Both the position numbers and the translations under genes were made by a program. A stretch of 63,940 nt of DNA from an uncultured Candidatus Saccharibacteria bacterium (GTDB taxonomy: Bacteria; Patescibacteriota; Minisyncoccia; Phycocordibacterales; Phycocordibacteraceae): NCBI GenBank assembly GCA_964548265.1, contig CAZJPR010000001.1, positions 37,770 through 101,709 of the forward strand, given 5' to 3'. Of the stretch, positions 34,606 through 44,013 are shown in pieces (position 1 is the first letter of the stretch; each line of letters starts with the position of its first letter). Below the pieces are notes generated by a model. The model did no database searches, was not told the DNA's origin, and saw only the letters and a list, made by a program, of their open reading frames with translations.

Positions 34606-35661
34606 ATGGCAAAGAAACTCAGCAAATCTTCGTTCTTTTCAAGCGACATCGGTATCGACCTTGGTACCGCTAATACCCTCGTGTATGTGCGAGGACGTGG
34701 GATTGTCATCACGGAGCCATCGGTAGTTACCACCAATGAAAAGACGGGCCAGGTCGTCGCTATTGGCAGGGAAGCGAAGGTGATGCTTGGCAAGACGCCG
34801 CCGCATGTGCGTGCAGTGCGTCCGCTCTCGCACGGTGTTATCTCCGATTTCGAAGTAACACAGGAGCTGCTTGCGTATCTAATACGCAAAGCACAAGGAG
34901 ACCGCACGCGCCTCTTTGGTCCACGCGTGGTGGTGGGAGTACCAACCGGCGTCACCAACGTCGAGAGCCGTGCGGTGCGGGACGCTGCGCTGTCTTCTGG
35001 AGCACGCGAAGTCTACATAGTGGAAGAGCCTATGGCGGGTGCTATTGGCGCCAAGCTTCCGGTGAATGAACCTATCGGTACGATGGTGCTTGATATTGGT
35101 GGCGGCACTACCGACATTGCGGTGCTCTCGCTCGGTGGCACGGTCGCAAGTAAGAGTTCGCATGTGGCAGGCGACCGTTTCAATGAGAACATCATCGATT
35201 ACGTCCGGAGCGAATTCCAACTTTCCATTGGCGAGCGCACTGCCGAGGAGACCAAGATTGCTATTGGTGCGGTGCTTCCGCTTGATACCAAGCTCAGTAA
35301 GTCGGTACGCGGTCGTGACCTTGCGACCGGCCTCCCGCGCGAGATTACTTTGACTGACTCAAACGTGCGAGAAGCGCTTGAGCCTTCGCTCGATACGCTT
35401 ATGGAAGCTATGAAGGACGTGATCGAGAACACACCACCAGAGCTTCTCTCTGATGTGCTGCAGCGTGGTGTTACCGTATTTGGTGGAGGCGCACTTCTTC
35501 GTGGTCTTCCTGAACTTCTCGCGAAGATGCTTGGTGTTCCGGTGCACGTCGCTGCAGACCCTCTGACCGCGGTTGTGCGGGGTACGGGCATCATCACCGA
35601 GGACCCGCGCCCATGGGAGAGCGTATTCATGCATGAAGAGGCCATCATTTCAAAGGCGTAG
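34606..35661 (+). CDS. mreB: Rod shape-determining actin homologue MreB (copy 2), heading the mreBCD-mrdA cluster
   Basis: IGIDLGTANTLVYVRGRGIVITEPSVV ... LSHGVISDF ... DIGGGTTDIAVLSLGG ... VTVFGGGALLRGL. Confidence 0.93.
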   Translation: MAKKLSKSSFFSSDIGIDLGTANTLVYVRGRGIVITEPSVVTTNEKTGQVVAIGREAKVMLGKTPPHVRAVRPLSHGVISDFEVTQELLAYLIRKAQGDRTRLFGPRVVVGVPTGVTNVESRAVRDAALSSGAREVYIVEEPMAGAIGAKLPVNEPIGTMVLDIGGGTTDIAVLSLGGTVASKSSHVAGDRFNENIIDYVRSEFQLSIGERTAEETKIAIGAVLPLDTKLSKSVRGRDLATGLPREITLTDSNVREALEPSLDTLMEAMKDVIENTPPELLSDVLQRGVTVFGGGALLRGLPELLAKMLGVPVHVAADPLTAVVRGTGIITEDPRPWESVFMHEEAIISKA

Positions 35662-36427
35662 TTTCGAGCGAGTTTCGCTTATCTCACCGAACGTTCGTTC
35701 GCTTGGTAGTATTGTGCTCGCACTCGTTTTGATTCTCGGTATGGTGCGTCTCGCGTTCCCAAGTGCGTTTACTACACTCGCGGCACCACTCTGGGGACTT
35801 GGTTCCTCACTCTCTAGTGGGATGGGAAGTTTTACGTCTTCATTCGGGAACGCACGAGCGCTTACAGAAGAGCGCGACCATCTCGTTGCCGAGAACGCGG
35901 CGTTGTCCGCAGAGCTTGCCACTGCACGTGCGGAGCTCTCTGATATTGGCAAGGTAGCCGGTGGAAGCAGCGAAGAAATGCTCGTAGGAGTGCTTGCTGG
36001 TCCTCCGGTCGCCCCCTACGATGTGCTCATTCTGGCCGCAGGAGCCAAGGACGGTATCCACACCGGTTTGTTCGTATACGGACAGCAGGGCATTCCCATC
36101 GGCACCATTCGTGAAGTTGCAGAGACCAGTTCACGCGCCGTGCTCTTCTCCGAAGCGGGAAGGGAAAACCGTGGTTGGGCAGGAGAGGACCGCATTCCGG
36201 TGGTGCTGAGAGGAACTGGAGCAGGAACTTTCAGTATGACCGCATCGAAGGACGCGGGACTTGCTGTCGGTGACGTACTGTATCTTCCTGGCCCTGGTGC
36301 CATTCCGGTCGGTCTCATACGCAAAGTCGATACGGACCCTTCGTCTCCCGATGCACGCGTGCACATCTTCCCGTACGCCAATCCGTTTTCTTTGCCCTAT
36401 GTGCGCGTCGGGCCTGCGTCACTATGA
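35633..36427 (+). CDS. mreC: Rod shape-determining protein MreC
   Basis: TM helix, a coiled coil (LTEERDHLVAENAALSAELATARAEL), then beta-rich domains, in the mreC position. The start is uncertain (ATG at 35633 overlaps mreB by 29 nt). Confidence 0.78.
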   Translation: MKRPSFQRRSFERVSLISPNVRSLGSIVLALVLILGMVRLAFPSAFTTLAAPLWGLGSSLSSGMGSFTSSFGNARALTEERDHLVAENAALSAELATARAELSDIGKVAGGSSEEMLVGVLAGPPVAPYDVLILAAGAKDGIHTGLFVYGQQGIPIGTIREVAETSSRAVLFSEAGRENRGWAGEDRIPVVLRGTGAGTFSMTASKDAGLAVGDVLYLPGPGAIPVGLIRKVDTDPSSPDARVHIFPYANPFSLPYVRVGPASL

Positions 36428-36672
36428 TTCGCGCGCTGACGCTTCTATTCGCGCTTAGCGCACCCTTTTTATTCCCCGCTCCTATTTCGATTGTCTTTGC
36501 AGTTATTGCCGCGTTCTTCATTCCGCTGTCCGCGCTTTCAGTTGGGCTGCTTCATGACATGCTCTATCTTTCTGACGGGCAGTTCCCAATGGGTATCTTG
36601 CTTGGGGTGCTCGGCACCCTCATCGCGCTTCTCGTGCGTAGGTTCGTAGAAACGCGTATCATAGGAGGATGA
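36424..36672 (+). CDS. mreD: Small polytopic membrane protein in the mreD position
   Basis: 82 aa with two or three hydrophobic helices. 4-nt overlaps with both mreC and mrdA. The call rests on position and topology only. Confidence 0.5.
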   Translation: MIRALTLLFALSAPFLFPAPISIVFAVIAAFFIPLSALSVGLLHDMLYLSDGQFPMGILLGVLGTLIALLVRRFVETRIIGG

Positions 36673-38336
36673 TAGGAAGGAGAAAAAAGCATAGGGATAA
36701 AGAGCTTGCTCCGGACGAGATTTTCCTCGACTCCTCAAACCTGCCGTCCTTCGACACTACCCGTCTTGAAGGAAGGCTCGAGAAGCCTATTAGCGAGCGC
36801 ACGTTTGTGGGCGTCACGGTCGTCATTCTTCTCATCCTCTTTGGGTTTGCGGTACAGGCGGGAAGTTTACAGGTGGTGCAGGGAGATACGTTCGCGACAC
36901 AGAGCGAGAATAACCGCTTGCGACCAGAGGTTATCTTTGCTAAGCGCGGAGCCATACTTGATAGGAATGGAGTGGTGCTCGTGGAGAATTCGCCATCGGA
37001 AGCAGGGTTCGTCGAACGTTCCTACATGGCTCCCGGGTTCGGGCATCTGCTGGGGTACGTGTCGTATCCGAAGAAGGACTCTTCGGGAAATTACTATGAG
37101 ACTGACATCAAAGGCCTCGCAGGGATTGAGGCTGCGTTCGACGAAAGGCTTTCAGGAGAGAACGGCCTCTTTTTGATTGAGGAGGATGCGCTCGGGGAAC
37201 TGCAGTCGCAGGGAAGTGTGAAGGCGCCGATTGATGGTACGCCGATGACGCTCTCTATCGACTCACGCGTACAGTCGGCGATGTATGACGCGATCAAAGA
37301 GCTTGCTGACCGCATTCCCTACAAAGGGGGTGCTGGTGTCGTGATGGACGTTGAGACTGGAGAGATTATCGCACTCACGTCGTATCCCGAGTATGACCCG
37401 AACATTCTTTCGAAAGGACAGCCTTCGTCAGTTATCGCTGGCTACAGTGCAGATCCGCGAGAGCCGTACCTTGACCGTCCCGTGAACGGCCTCTACACTC
37501 CCGGTTCCATTGTGAAGCCGGTGATTGCTGCAGGTGTCTTTACCGATGGCATCATCTCGCCGGAGAAAATAATTGTCTCAACGGGTTCCATCTCCCTCCC
37601 GAACCCCTACGACGCATCAAATCCTTCTATCTTCAAAGACTGGAAAGCGCTCGGTCCGATGAACATGCGTAGCGCGATTGCGTATTCTTCTGACGTCTAT
37701 TTCTACACAGTGGGAGGTGGGTTCGCAGACCAAAAGGGCCTTGGCATTAATCGTCTTGATTACTGGTACAAGACATTCGGTTATACCAGTGTGACGGGCA
37801 TCGAGCTTGCGGGAGAGTCCGAAGGATTTATCCCAACGCCGGAATGGAAGGAGGAGACGTATGATGAGCCGTGGAGAGTGGGCAATACGTACCACACCGC
37901 CATTGGGCAGTACGCCGTGCAGATTACGCCGCTTGAAGCTGTGCGCTCGATTGCAGCAATTGCGAACGGTGGGACGTTGATAAAGGCAACGGTACTTACA
38001 GGGCAGCCTCCATCGGGAGAAGCTATCAACGTCTCACAAGAGGGACTCCAGATTGTGCGCGAGGGCATGCGCATGGGCGTGACGGAAGGAACGTCAGTTG
38101 GTCTTAACGCACTGCCGTACGTGAATGCGGCAGGGAAGACTGGCACCGCGCAGCTTGGCGTCAATAACGAATGGTACAACTCCTGGGCAGTCGGCTTCTT
38201 TCCCTATGACAAGCCTAAGTATGCCTATGCAGTGGTAATGGAGCGTGCACCGGCCGGAACCTCAGTTGGTGGTATCTATGTGATGTACCAGACGCTCTCG
38301 AAGATGAAAGAAGTGGCGCCAGAGTATTTCGACTGA
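36669..38336 (+). CDS. mrdA: Penicillin-binding protein 2 (elongation-specific transpeptidase)
   Basis: N-terminal TM and PBP dimerisation domain; transpeptidase motifs GSIVKP (SxxK), SSD (SxN-type) and KTGTAQ. Confidence 0.9.
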   Translation: MIGRRKKHRDKELAPDEIFLDSSNLPSFDTTRLEGRLEKPISERTFVGVTVVILLILFGFAVQAGSLQVVQGDTFATQSENNRLRPEVIFAKRGAILDRNGVVLVENSPSEAGFVERSYMAPGFGHLLGYVSYPKKDSSGNYYETDIKGLAGIEAAFDERLSGENGLFLIEEDALGELQSQGSVKAPIDGTPMTLSIDSRVQSAMYDAIKELADRIPYKGGAGVVMDVETGEIIALTSYPEYDPNILSKGQPSSVIAGYSADPREPYLDRPVNGLYTPGSIVKPVIAAGVFTDGIISPEKIIVSTGSISLPNPYDASNPSIFKDWKALGPMNMRSAIAYSSDVYFYTVGGGFADQKGLGINRLDYWYKTFGYTSVTGIELAGESEGFIPTPEWKEETYDEPWRVGNTYHTAIGQYAVQITPLEAVRSIAAIANGGTLIKATVLTGQPPSGEAINVSQEGLQIVREGMRMGVTEGTSVGLNALPYVNAAGKTGTAQLGVNNEWYNSWAVGFFPYDKPKYAYAVVMERAPAGTSVGGIYVMYQTLSKMKEVAPEYFD

Positions 38337-38382
38337 TTTGACGGCATCCTGCCTTCCCGTACAATACGGCGACACTATATAT

Positions 38383-38853
38383 ATGACTGATCAACAGGCC
38401 GTCGTGAGTCAGGAGAAGTTTGATGAGATGGTAGCAGAGCTCGAGAACCTTAAAACCGTACGTCGTACAGAGATTGCAAAGAACCTTGAGTACGCTCGCT
38501 CGCTCGGGGACCTTTCTGAGAACGCAGAGTATCAGGAGGCTCGCGAACTGCAGGCAGCTACTGAAGAGCGCATCCGCCGCCTCGAGGACCTCGTGAAGAG
38601 GGCGCAGATTGTAACCGACGGCAAGAAGAAAGATGTCGTTGGTTTCGGCTCGGTCGTCACCATCTTGAAGGAGGGTAGCAAGGAGGCGCATGAGTACACC
38701 ATCGTGGGCAGCGAAGAAGCTGACATGCGTATTCGCAAGCTCTCCCACGTTTCCCCACTTGGCGCAGCACTCATGGGCAAGAAGAAGGCTGATGTCTTTA
38801 CGTTCGAGACGCCGAACGGCAAGCAGACCTATACCGTTCAGAAGGTCGCGTAG
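38383..38853 (+). CDS. greA: Transcription elongation factor GreA
   Basis: FDEMVAELENLKTVRRTEIAKNLEYARSLGDLSENAEYQEARELQA coiled-coil domain plus a C-terminal FKBP-like domain (SPLGAALMGKKKADVFTF). Start chosen at MTDQQ. Confidence 0.92.
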   Translation: MTDQQAVVSQEKFDEMVAELENLKTVRRTEIAKNLEYARSLGDLSENAEYQEARELQAATEERIRRLEDLVKRAQIVTDGKKKDVVGFGSVVTILKEGSKEAHEYTIVGSEEADMRIRKLSHVSPLGAALMGKKKADVFTFETPNGKQTYTVQKVA

Positions 38854-38873
38854 CCTCGTGCTACGATAGCCGA

Positions 38874-40445
38874 ATGTTCTGGGCCGACCGCATAGGGAAG
38901 GAGCTGCAGGAGACGCGTAAACCGCGAGACGGTAAGACGTTTATCATACGAGACGAAAAGACGCTCTCGGGTCGCGTACACATTGGCGCCATGCGCGGTG
39001 TCGCTATTCACGGCATGGTGAAGGAAGTACTTGATGAGCTCGGACTTCCAAATCGCTTCCTGTTTGAGTACAACGACTTCGACCCCTTCGATACGGTCCC
39101 AGGGTACCTCGATCAAGAGAAATTCAAAGAACACCTTGGGAAGCCCTTATACGCAGTTCCATCTCCTGAACCTGGTTTCGAAAACTTTGCAGAATACTAC
39201 GGCGCAGAATTTGCAGCAGTGCACGCGAAAGCAGGATTCCATCCTGAGTACTACCGAACGTATAAAGAATTGTACGCAGCAGGGAAGATGGATGCGCTTA
39301 CGAAGACGGCACTTGAGCGAGCGACTGATGTTCGTCGCATTCTTAAGGAAGTGTCGGGCTCTGTGAAGGACGAATCGTGGCTCCCTGTATCGGTCGTCTG
39401 TGAGAATTGTGGAAAGATGATGACCACGCGTGCGCATGACTACGATGGAGAAACTGTCGGCTACACTTGCGACAAGAGCCCTGATGAGACGGTGCCCTGT
39501 GGTCACACCGGACGCGTAGCGCCTGTGAAGGGAGCGGTAAAGCTGTTCTGGAAAGTAGACTGGGCCGCTAAGTGGGTAGTGATGGGCGTTGATATTGAAG
39601 GAGCGGGCAAGGACCATTCAACTAAGGGAGGTTCGCGCGACGTGTCTGCACACATCGCGAAAGAAGTGTTTGGGTTCGAGGAACCCTACGACATCCCCTA
39701 CGAGTTCTTCCTCGTCGGTGGGAAAAAGATGTCGTCTTCCAAAGGTCGCGGCTCTTCTGCGAAGGAAATGTCTGGCCTCTTCCCAGCTGAAGAGTTTCGT
39801 CTCACCCTTCTTGGTAAAGAGCCGAATCAACAAATTGATGTTGATCCGTCAGGAGATGCAGTACCACGTATCTTTGATTGGTACGACGAGTTGGCAGAGA
39901 AGGTGCGCGAAGGTGTCGCTGACGACTTCACCCGTCTCTTTGCATTCTGTGAGCTCCCTAAAAATCGTGCTGAAACAAAAGCAACGTGGCAGCTGCGCTT
40001 TGCGCAAGTCGCGTTCATCGTGCAGATGCCGCATCTTTCTCTTGAAGAAGAGGCAGCGCGCGTGAAGGGAAGCGCTCTCACCGAGGATGAGAAGGCGCTA
40101 CTTGAGGAACGAGCAACGTATGCGCGTTTCTGGCTCACCACCTACGCGCCGCCTGAGTACAAGTACGAACTCCAACAGAAGGTTCCTGAAGGCTTTATTC
40201 CAACCGACACTCAGAAGAAGGCACTCACTGTCCTCAAAGACTTCCTATCGGAAGCCCGAACAGGGGAGGAACTCCACCTCAAGCTGCATGAGATGAAGAC
40301 CGAGGTGCCTATAGCTCCTAAAGAGCTCTTCAGTGCCCTCTATACGCTCTTCCTGGGCCGTACCTCGGGTCCTAAGGCAGGCTGGTTCCTATCGGTACTG
40401 CCTCGGGAGATGGTCGTACAGAGGCTCACAGAGGCAGTCTCTTAG
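38874..40445 (+). CDS. lysK: Lysyl-tRNA synthetase, class I type
   Basis: 523 aa. SGRVHIGAMRG (HIGH-type motif of class I LysRS), KMSSSKG (KMSKS), and a Cys cluster CENCGK...C...PCGH. Confidence 0.88.
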   Translation: MFWADRIGKELQETRKPRDGKTFIIRDEKTLSGRVHIGAMRGVAIHGMVKEVLDELGLPNRFLFEYNDFDPFDTVPGYLDQEKFKEHLGKPLYAVPSPEPGFENFAEYYGAEFAAVHAKAGFHPEYYRTYKELYAAGKMDALTKTALERATDVRRILKEVSGSVKDESWLPVSVVCENCGKMMTTRAHDYDGETVGYTCDKSPDETVPCGHTGRVAPVKGAVKLFWKVDWAAKWVVMGVDIEGAGKDHSTKGGSRDVSAHIAKEVFGFEEPYDIPYEFFLVGGKKMSSSKGRGSSAKEMSGLFPAEEFRLTLLGKEPNQQIDVDPSGDAVPRIFDWYDELAEKVREGVADDFTRLFAFCELPKNRAETKATWQLRFAQVAFIVQMPHLSLEEEAARVKGSALTEDEKALLEERATYARFWLTTYAPPEYKYELQQKVPEGFIPTDTQKKALTVLKDFLSEARTGEELHLKLHEMKTEVPIAPKELFSALYTLFLGRTSGPKAGWFLSVLPREMVVQRLTEAVS

Positions 40446-40459
40446 ATTCCAAAGTTACG

Positions 40460-40489
40460 AAAAAGGCCGGTCGTGTGACCGGCCTTTTT
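40460..40489 (+). terminator. Intrinsic terminator
   Basis: aaaaa-ggccggtc-gtgt-gaccggcc-ttttt, 15 nt after the lysK stop. Confidence 0.85.
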
Positions 40490-40511
40490 CGTGTGGATAA
40501 CCCAAGGAGAA

Positions 40512-40558
40512 GTGGGATGAAGTGGCATATACTTACCTACTAGTGGGATGAAGTGGGA
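40512..40558 (+). promoter_or_regulatory. Candidate MraZ operator: two pairs of GTGG(G/C) repeats with 10-bp phasing, flanking a TATACT -10-like box
   Basis: GTGGG at 40512, GTGGC at 40522, TATACT at 40528..40533, GTGGG at 40544, GTGGG at 40554. The 12-mer AGTGGGATGAAG occurs twice. The site lies 46-92 nt upstream of mraZ. Confidence 0.6.
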
Positions 40559-40603
40559 TTCATGAAAACTGCCTGAGTTCCACCACTCCTAGAGATACCT
40601 ACT

Positions 40604-41035
40604 ATGTTCATCGGAGAATATCGCCACACGTTCGACACCAAGAACCGAATCTCTCTCCCGGCGAAATTTCGTAAAGAACTCGGTAGCTCAGTTATCGTGA
40701 CGCGCGGTCTCGATCACTGTCTGTTTGTATACCCCAAGAACACCTGGAAGGGAGAAGCGGGAAAGATTGCACGCCACTCGACCGGCGGAAGCGCTGGTCG
40801 AGGGCTCGCGCGCCTTATGCTCGCGGGTGCGAGTGAGGCAGATGTTGATACTGCTGGTCGCATATTAGTACCTGATTACCTAAAGTCTTTCGCGGCTCTC
40901 TCGGAAAAGAGCGTCATCGCGGGAGTGAATGACCGCGTTGAAATCTGGGATGAGAAGGCGTGGAAGAAGTACACCGCTTCTATCGAGCGGGATGCCGATG
41001 CCTATGCTGAAAAACTTGGAGACGCTTCGTTGTAA
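40604..41035 (+). CDS. mraZ: Transcriptional regulator MraZ
   Basis: MFIGEYRHTFDTKNRISLPAKFRKEL ... second SpoVT/AbrB-like half GRILVPDYLKSFA ... VEIWD. Confidence 0.95.
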   Translation: MFIGEYRHTFDTKNRISLPAKFRKELGSSVIVTRGLDHCLFVYPKNTWKGEAGKIARHSTGGSAGRGLARLMLAGASEADVDTAGRILVPDYLKSFAALSEKSVIAGVNDRVEIWDEKAWKKYTASIERDADAYAEKLGDASL

Positions 41036-41040
41036 GTCAT

Positions 41041-41997
41041 ATGATCTCGACCCTTCAACCTATGGCAGCTTCTATACGAAAAGTGAACGCAGACGTCGGG
41101 CACGAGACCGTGCTTCTACGGGAGGCGGTCGATGGGCTCGCCATCAGCTCGTCCGATACGGTAGTTGACGCAACGATTGGTGGAGCAGGACACTTCAGGG
41201 AACTGCTTGCGAAACTCGATGCCTCGGGAACATTGATTGGCATCGATGCTGACGACAGTGCCATCGAACGCGCAAAACAAACGAGCGCACATGCTGAACC
41301 GACCGTGCACCTCGTTGAAGATAACTTCCGCAACCTTAACCAAATACTCGATGACCTACATATTTCTGCAATTGATAAATCTCTCTTCGACCTTGGCTGG
41401 AGCGGTTTCCATCTCACCAGCGGACGTGGATTCTCGTTCCGTGTAAACGAGCCACTCCACATGACGTATGGCACGCCAGTCAAAGGAAAGACGGCTGCCG
41501 ATCTTGTAAATACCGCCTCTGAAGAAGCAATTGCTGACATGCTCTATTCGCTTGGCGAGGAACGCTTCGCGCGCCCAATTGCTAAAGGCATTGTCGAGGC
41601 GCGTGAGGTGTCACCGATTGAGACTACCGAAGACCTGGTGAACATTGTGCTCGCCACCACTCCACGTTGGTATCAGGCACGTCGTCTGCATCCTGCAACC
41701 AAAACGTTCCAGGCACTTCGCATTGCGGTGAATGATGAGTTCGGCGCACTACGGGATGGACTTTCAGCCGCTATCGAGCGCACACGCGAGGGGGGACGAA
41801 TCGCCGTCATCACTTTCCACAGTATTGAGGACCGTATCGTAAAGCAGATATTCCGTGACGCTGCGCATGCCGGACAGGGGGCACTCATCAACAAGAAACC
41901 TTTTACACCAAGCCTCGCCGAGGTGAACGCGAATCCACGTTCTCGAAGCGCTAAGTTGCGCCTCTTTGAGCGGGGGACCATTCAAACCTATGTATAG
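41041..41997 (+). CDS. rsmH: 16S rRNA (cytosine1402-N4)-methyltransferase
   Basis: HETVLLREAVDGL...VVDATIGGAGHF ... DLGWSGFHL ... ITFHSIEDRIVKQ ... NPRSRSAKLR. Confidence 0.95.
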   Translation: MISTLQPMAASIRKVNADVGHETVLLREAVDGLAISSSDTVVDATIGGAGHFRELLAKLDASGTLIGIDADDSAIERAKQTSAHAEPTVHLVEDNFRNLNQILDDLHISAIDKSLFDLGWSGFHLTSGRGFSFRVNEPLHMTYGTPVKGKTAADLVNTASEEAIADMLYSLGEERFARPIAKGIVEAREVSPIETTEDLVNIVLATTPRWYQARRLHPATKTFQALRIAVNDEFGALRDGLSAAIERTREGGRIAVITFHSIEDRIVKQIFRDAAHAGQGALINKKPFTPSLAEVNANPRSRSAKLRLFERGTIQTYV

Positions 41998-42271
41998 TCG
42001 AGCCATTCCAATTCTCGGGGGCACGTGTGTGGTGGTAATCGCCCTCTACCTTCTTGGTGTTGCTTCCACCGTTTTCTTTGCAACCTGGCAGACAGGACTT
42101 GCGCGCGCGATCCAAGAAACTGAAGGCATTGTTATCACGCTTGAAGGCCAATACTACGACGCGGTGCAAACCTACTCCGATATTGAGCCTGCTTCCGCTG
42201 GATACGTTACTCCTCGTTCGGTAGGTTACGTTACCCCCGCCGGCGTCGCAGTGCTGTCCCGGGCACAGTAG
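41990..42271 (+). CDS. ftsL: Small bitopic membrane protein in the ftsL position
   Basis: 93 aa with one TM helix (ILGGTCVVVIALYLLGVASTVFF). The ATG overlaps the rsmH stop by 8 nt. The call is positional only. Confidence 0.45.
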   Translation: MYSRAIPILGGTCVVVIALYLLGVASTVFFATWQTGLARAIQETEGIVITLEGQYYDAVQTYSDIEPASAGYVTPRSVGYVTPAGVAVLSRAQ

Positions 42272-42274
42272 AGT

Positions 42275-44011
42275 ATGCGGGCCGCACTCCGGCTTCGTTT
42301 ACGGGTGCTTGCGGGATTCCTTATCCTCATTGCATTTGTCCTCATCGCACGGCTCTATTTTGTACAGGTAGTTAACGGAGGCGAGTATTCATTGCGTGCT
42401 GAGCGTCAGTACGTAAGCGCCAGCCACACGCTCTACGATCGAGGCAGCATCTATTACACCCGTAAGGATGGAACGGCGCTTTCAGGCGCTGCGCTCGCAA
42501 CGGGCTTTCTCGTTGCTATTGACCCCACAAAACTAAAAGGCACTGATAAGACGTATGAAGCGCTTCAGGCCCTTCACCCCATAGAGCGTGAGACGTTTGA
42601 CCTCGCCGCAGCAAAGACGGAAGATCCTTACGAAGTACTTGCGCGACGTGTTCCGGAAGAGGCAGGGCGTGCGATTTCCGCACTTGAGCTTCCTGGTGTC
42701 ATCGTTGAGCGGGAGCGTTGGAGAATCTATCCTGCTGAAGAGCGTGGCGCACAGACCATTGGCTTCGTCGCCTACGACAATGATAACGAGCTCGCTGGTC
42801 GCTTCGGTCTTGAGCGTTACTACGAGGACGTGCTTACCCGTAAGAACAAGGGCCTCTTCGGTAACTTCTTTGCAGAGCTCTTTGCAAACCTCGACAGCGC
42901 AGTGGGTGACGCGTCAGGCGCACGCGAAGGGGACCTTATTACCTCTATAGAGCCTGTGGTGCTCGACAAGCTCGACCAGGTCTTAATGGAAATCCAAGGA
43001 AAGTACTCGAGTGCTGAAACGGGTGGCATCATTATGGACCCCAAGACCGGAGAGATTATTGCTCTCGAGACGGTGCCTTCCTTTGATCCCAACACCTTTG
43101 CTGATCAGGATTCCGAACACTTCGGTAACCCTATGGTGGAGAAGCGTTACGAGTTTGGCTCGATTGTAAAAGCACTCACTATGACTGCGGGTCTTGATGC
43201 GGGTGTGGTGACTCCCGATACGACCTACAACGATACGGGAAAGATTACGCTCAACAACAAAACCATTTCTAACTATGATGGGAAGGCGCGTGGTGTGGTG
43301 CCCATGCAGCAAGTGCTCTCTCAGTCGCTCAATATTGGTGCCTCCTACGTTGCAGGAAGGCTTGGGCATGAACGGATGCGCAACTACTTTACCGAACTTG
43401 GCATGGGCGCTGAGACTGGCATTGATCTCCCCAGTGAGATTACGGGTACCATCGACAACATTCTTGAGAGTCCGCGTGATATTGAGTATGCAACCGCGTC
43501 CTTCGGGCAGGGAATTGCGCAGACTCCGGTTGAAATGGTGAAGGCACTTGGTGCGCTCGCCAACGACGGTAAGGTCGTGACGCCGCATGTGGTGCGTGCA
43601 ATTAAGCTTGAGTCTGGCATTGTCAAAGAACTCTCGTGGGGCACTCCAGAGCAAGTGTTCAAGCCAAAATCAGTCGAGCAGGTGACCCACATGCTCGTTA
43701 ACGTAGTCGATAAATCACTCGCGGGCGGCACGGTCTCTATTCCTGAGATGAGCGTCGCTGCCAAGACGGGAACTGCTCAGATAGCGGGTCCTGGAGGCAA
43801 GTACTACGACGACCGCTATTTCCACTCCTTCTTTGGGTACTTCCCGGCCTACGATCCGAAGTTCATCATCCTTCTTTATACGCGGGAGCCGAAGGGGGTG
43901 CAGTATGCCTCTGAGACACTCACGCACCCGTTTATGGAGTTGGCACAGTTCCTAATCGGGTACTACGCCATAGCGCCGGACAGGGTAGAATACGGTCCAA
44001 GCGAAGAGTAG
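42275..44011 (+). CDS. ftsI: Division-specific penicillin-binding protein (PBP3/FtsI-type transpeptidase)
   Basis: N-terminal TM helix and dimerisation domain; GSIVKA (SxxK), SQSLN (SxN), KTGTAQ. Located in the dcw position. Confidence 0.88.
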   Translation: MRAALRLRLRVLAGFLILIAFVLIARLYFVQVVNGGEYSLRAERQYVSASHTLYDRGSIYYTRKDGTALSGAALATGFLVAIDPTKLKGTDKTYEALQALHPIERETFDLAAAKTEDPYEVLARRVPEEAGRAISALELPGVIVERERWRIYPAEERGAQTIGFVAYDNDNELAGRFGLERYYEDVLTRKNKGLFGNFFAELFANLDSAVGDASGAREGDLITSIEPVVLDKLDQVLMEIQGKYSSAETGGIIMDPKTGEIIALETVPSFDPNTFADQDSEHFGNPMVEKRYEFGSIVKALTMTAGLDAGVVTPDTTYNDTGKITLNNKTISNYDGKARGVVPMQQVLSQSLNIGASYVAGRLGHERMRNYFTELGMGAETGIDLPSEITGTIDNILESPRDIEYATASFGQGIAQTPVEMVKALGALANDGKVVTPHVVRAIKLESGIVKELSWGTPEQVFKPKSVEQVTHMLVNVVDKSLAGGTVSIPEMSVAAKTGTAQIAGPGGKYYDDRYFHSFFGYFPAYDPKFIILLYTREPKGVQYASETLTHPFMELAQFLIGYYAIAPDRVEYGPSEE

Positions 44012-44013
44012 CC

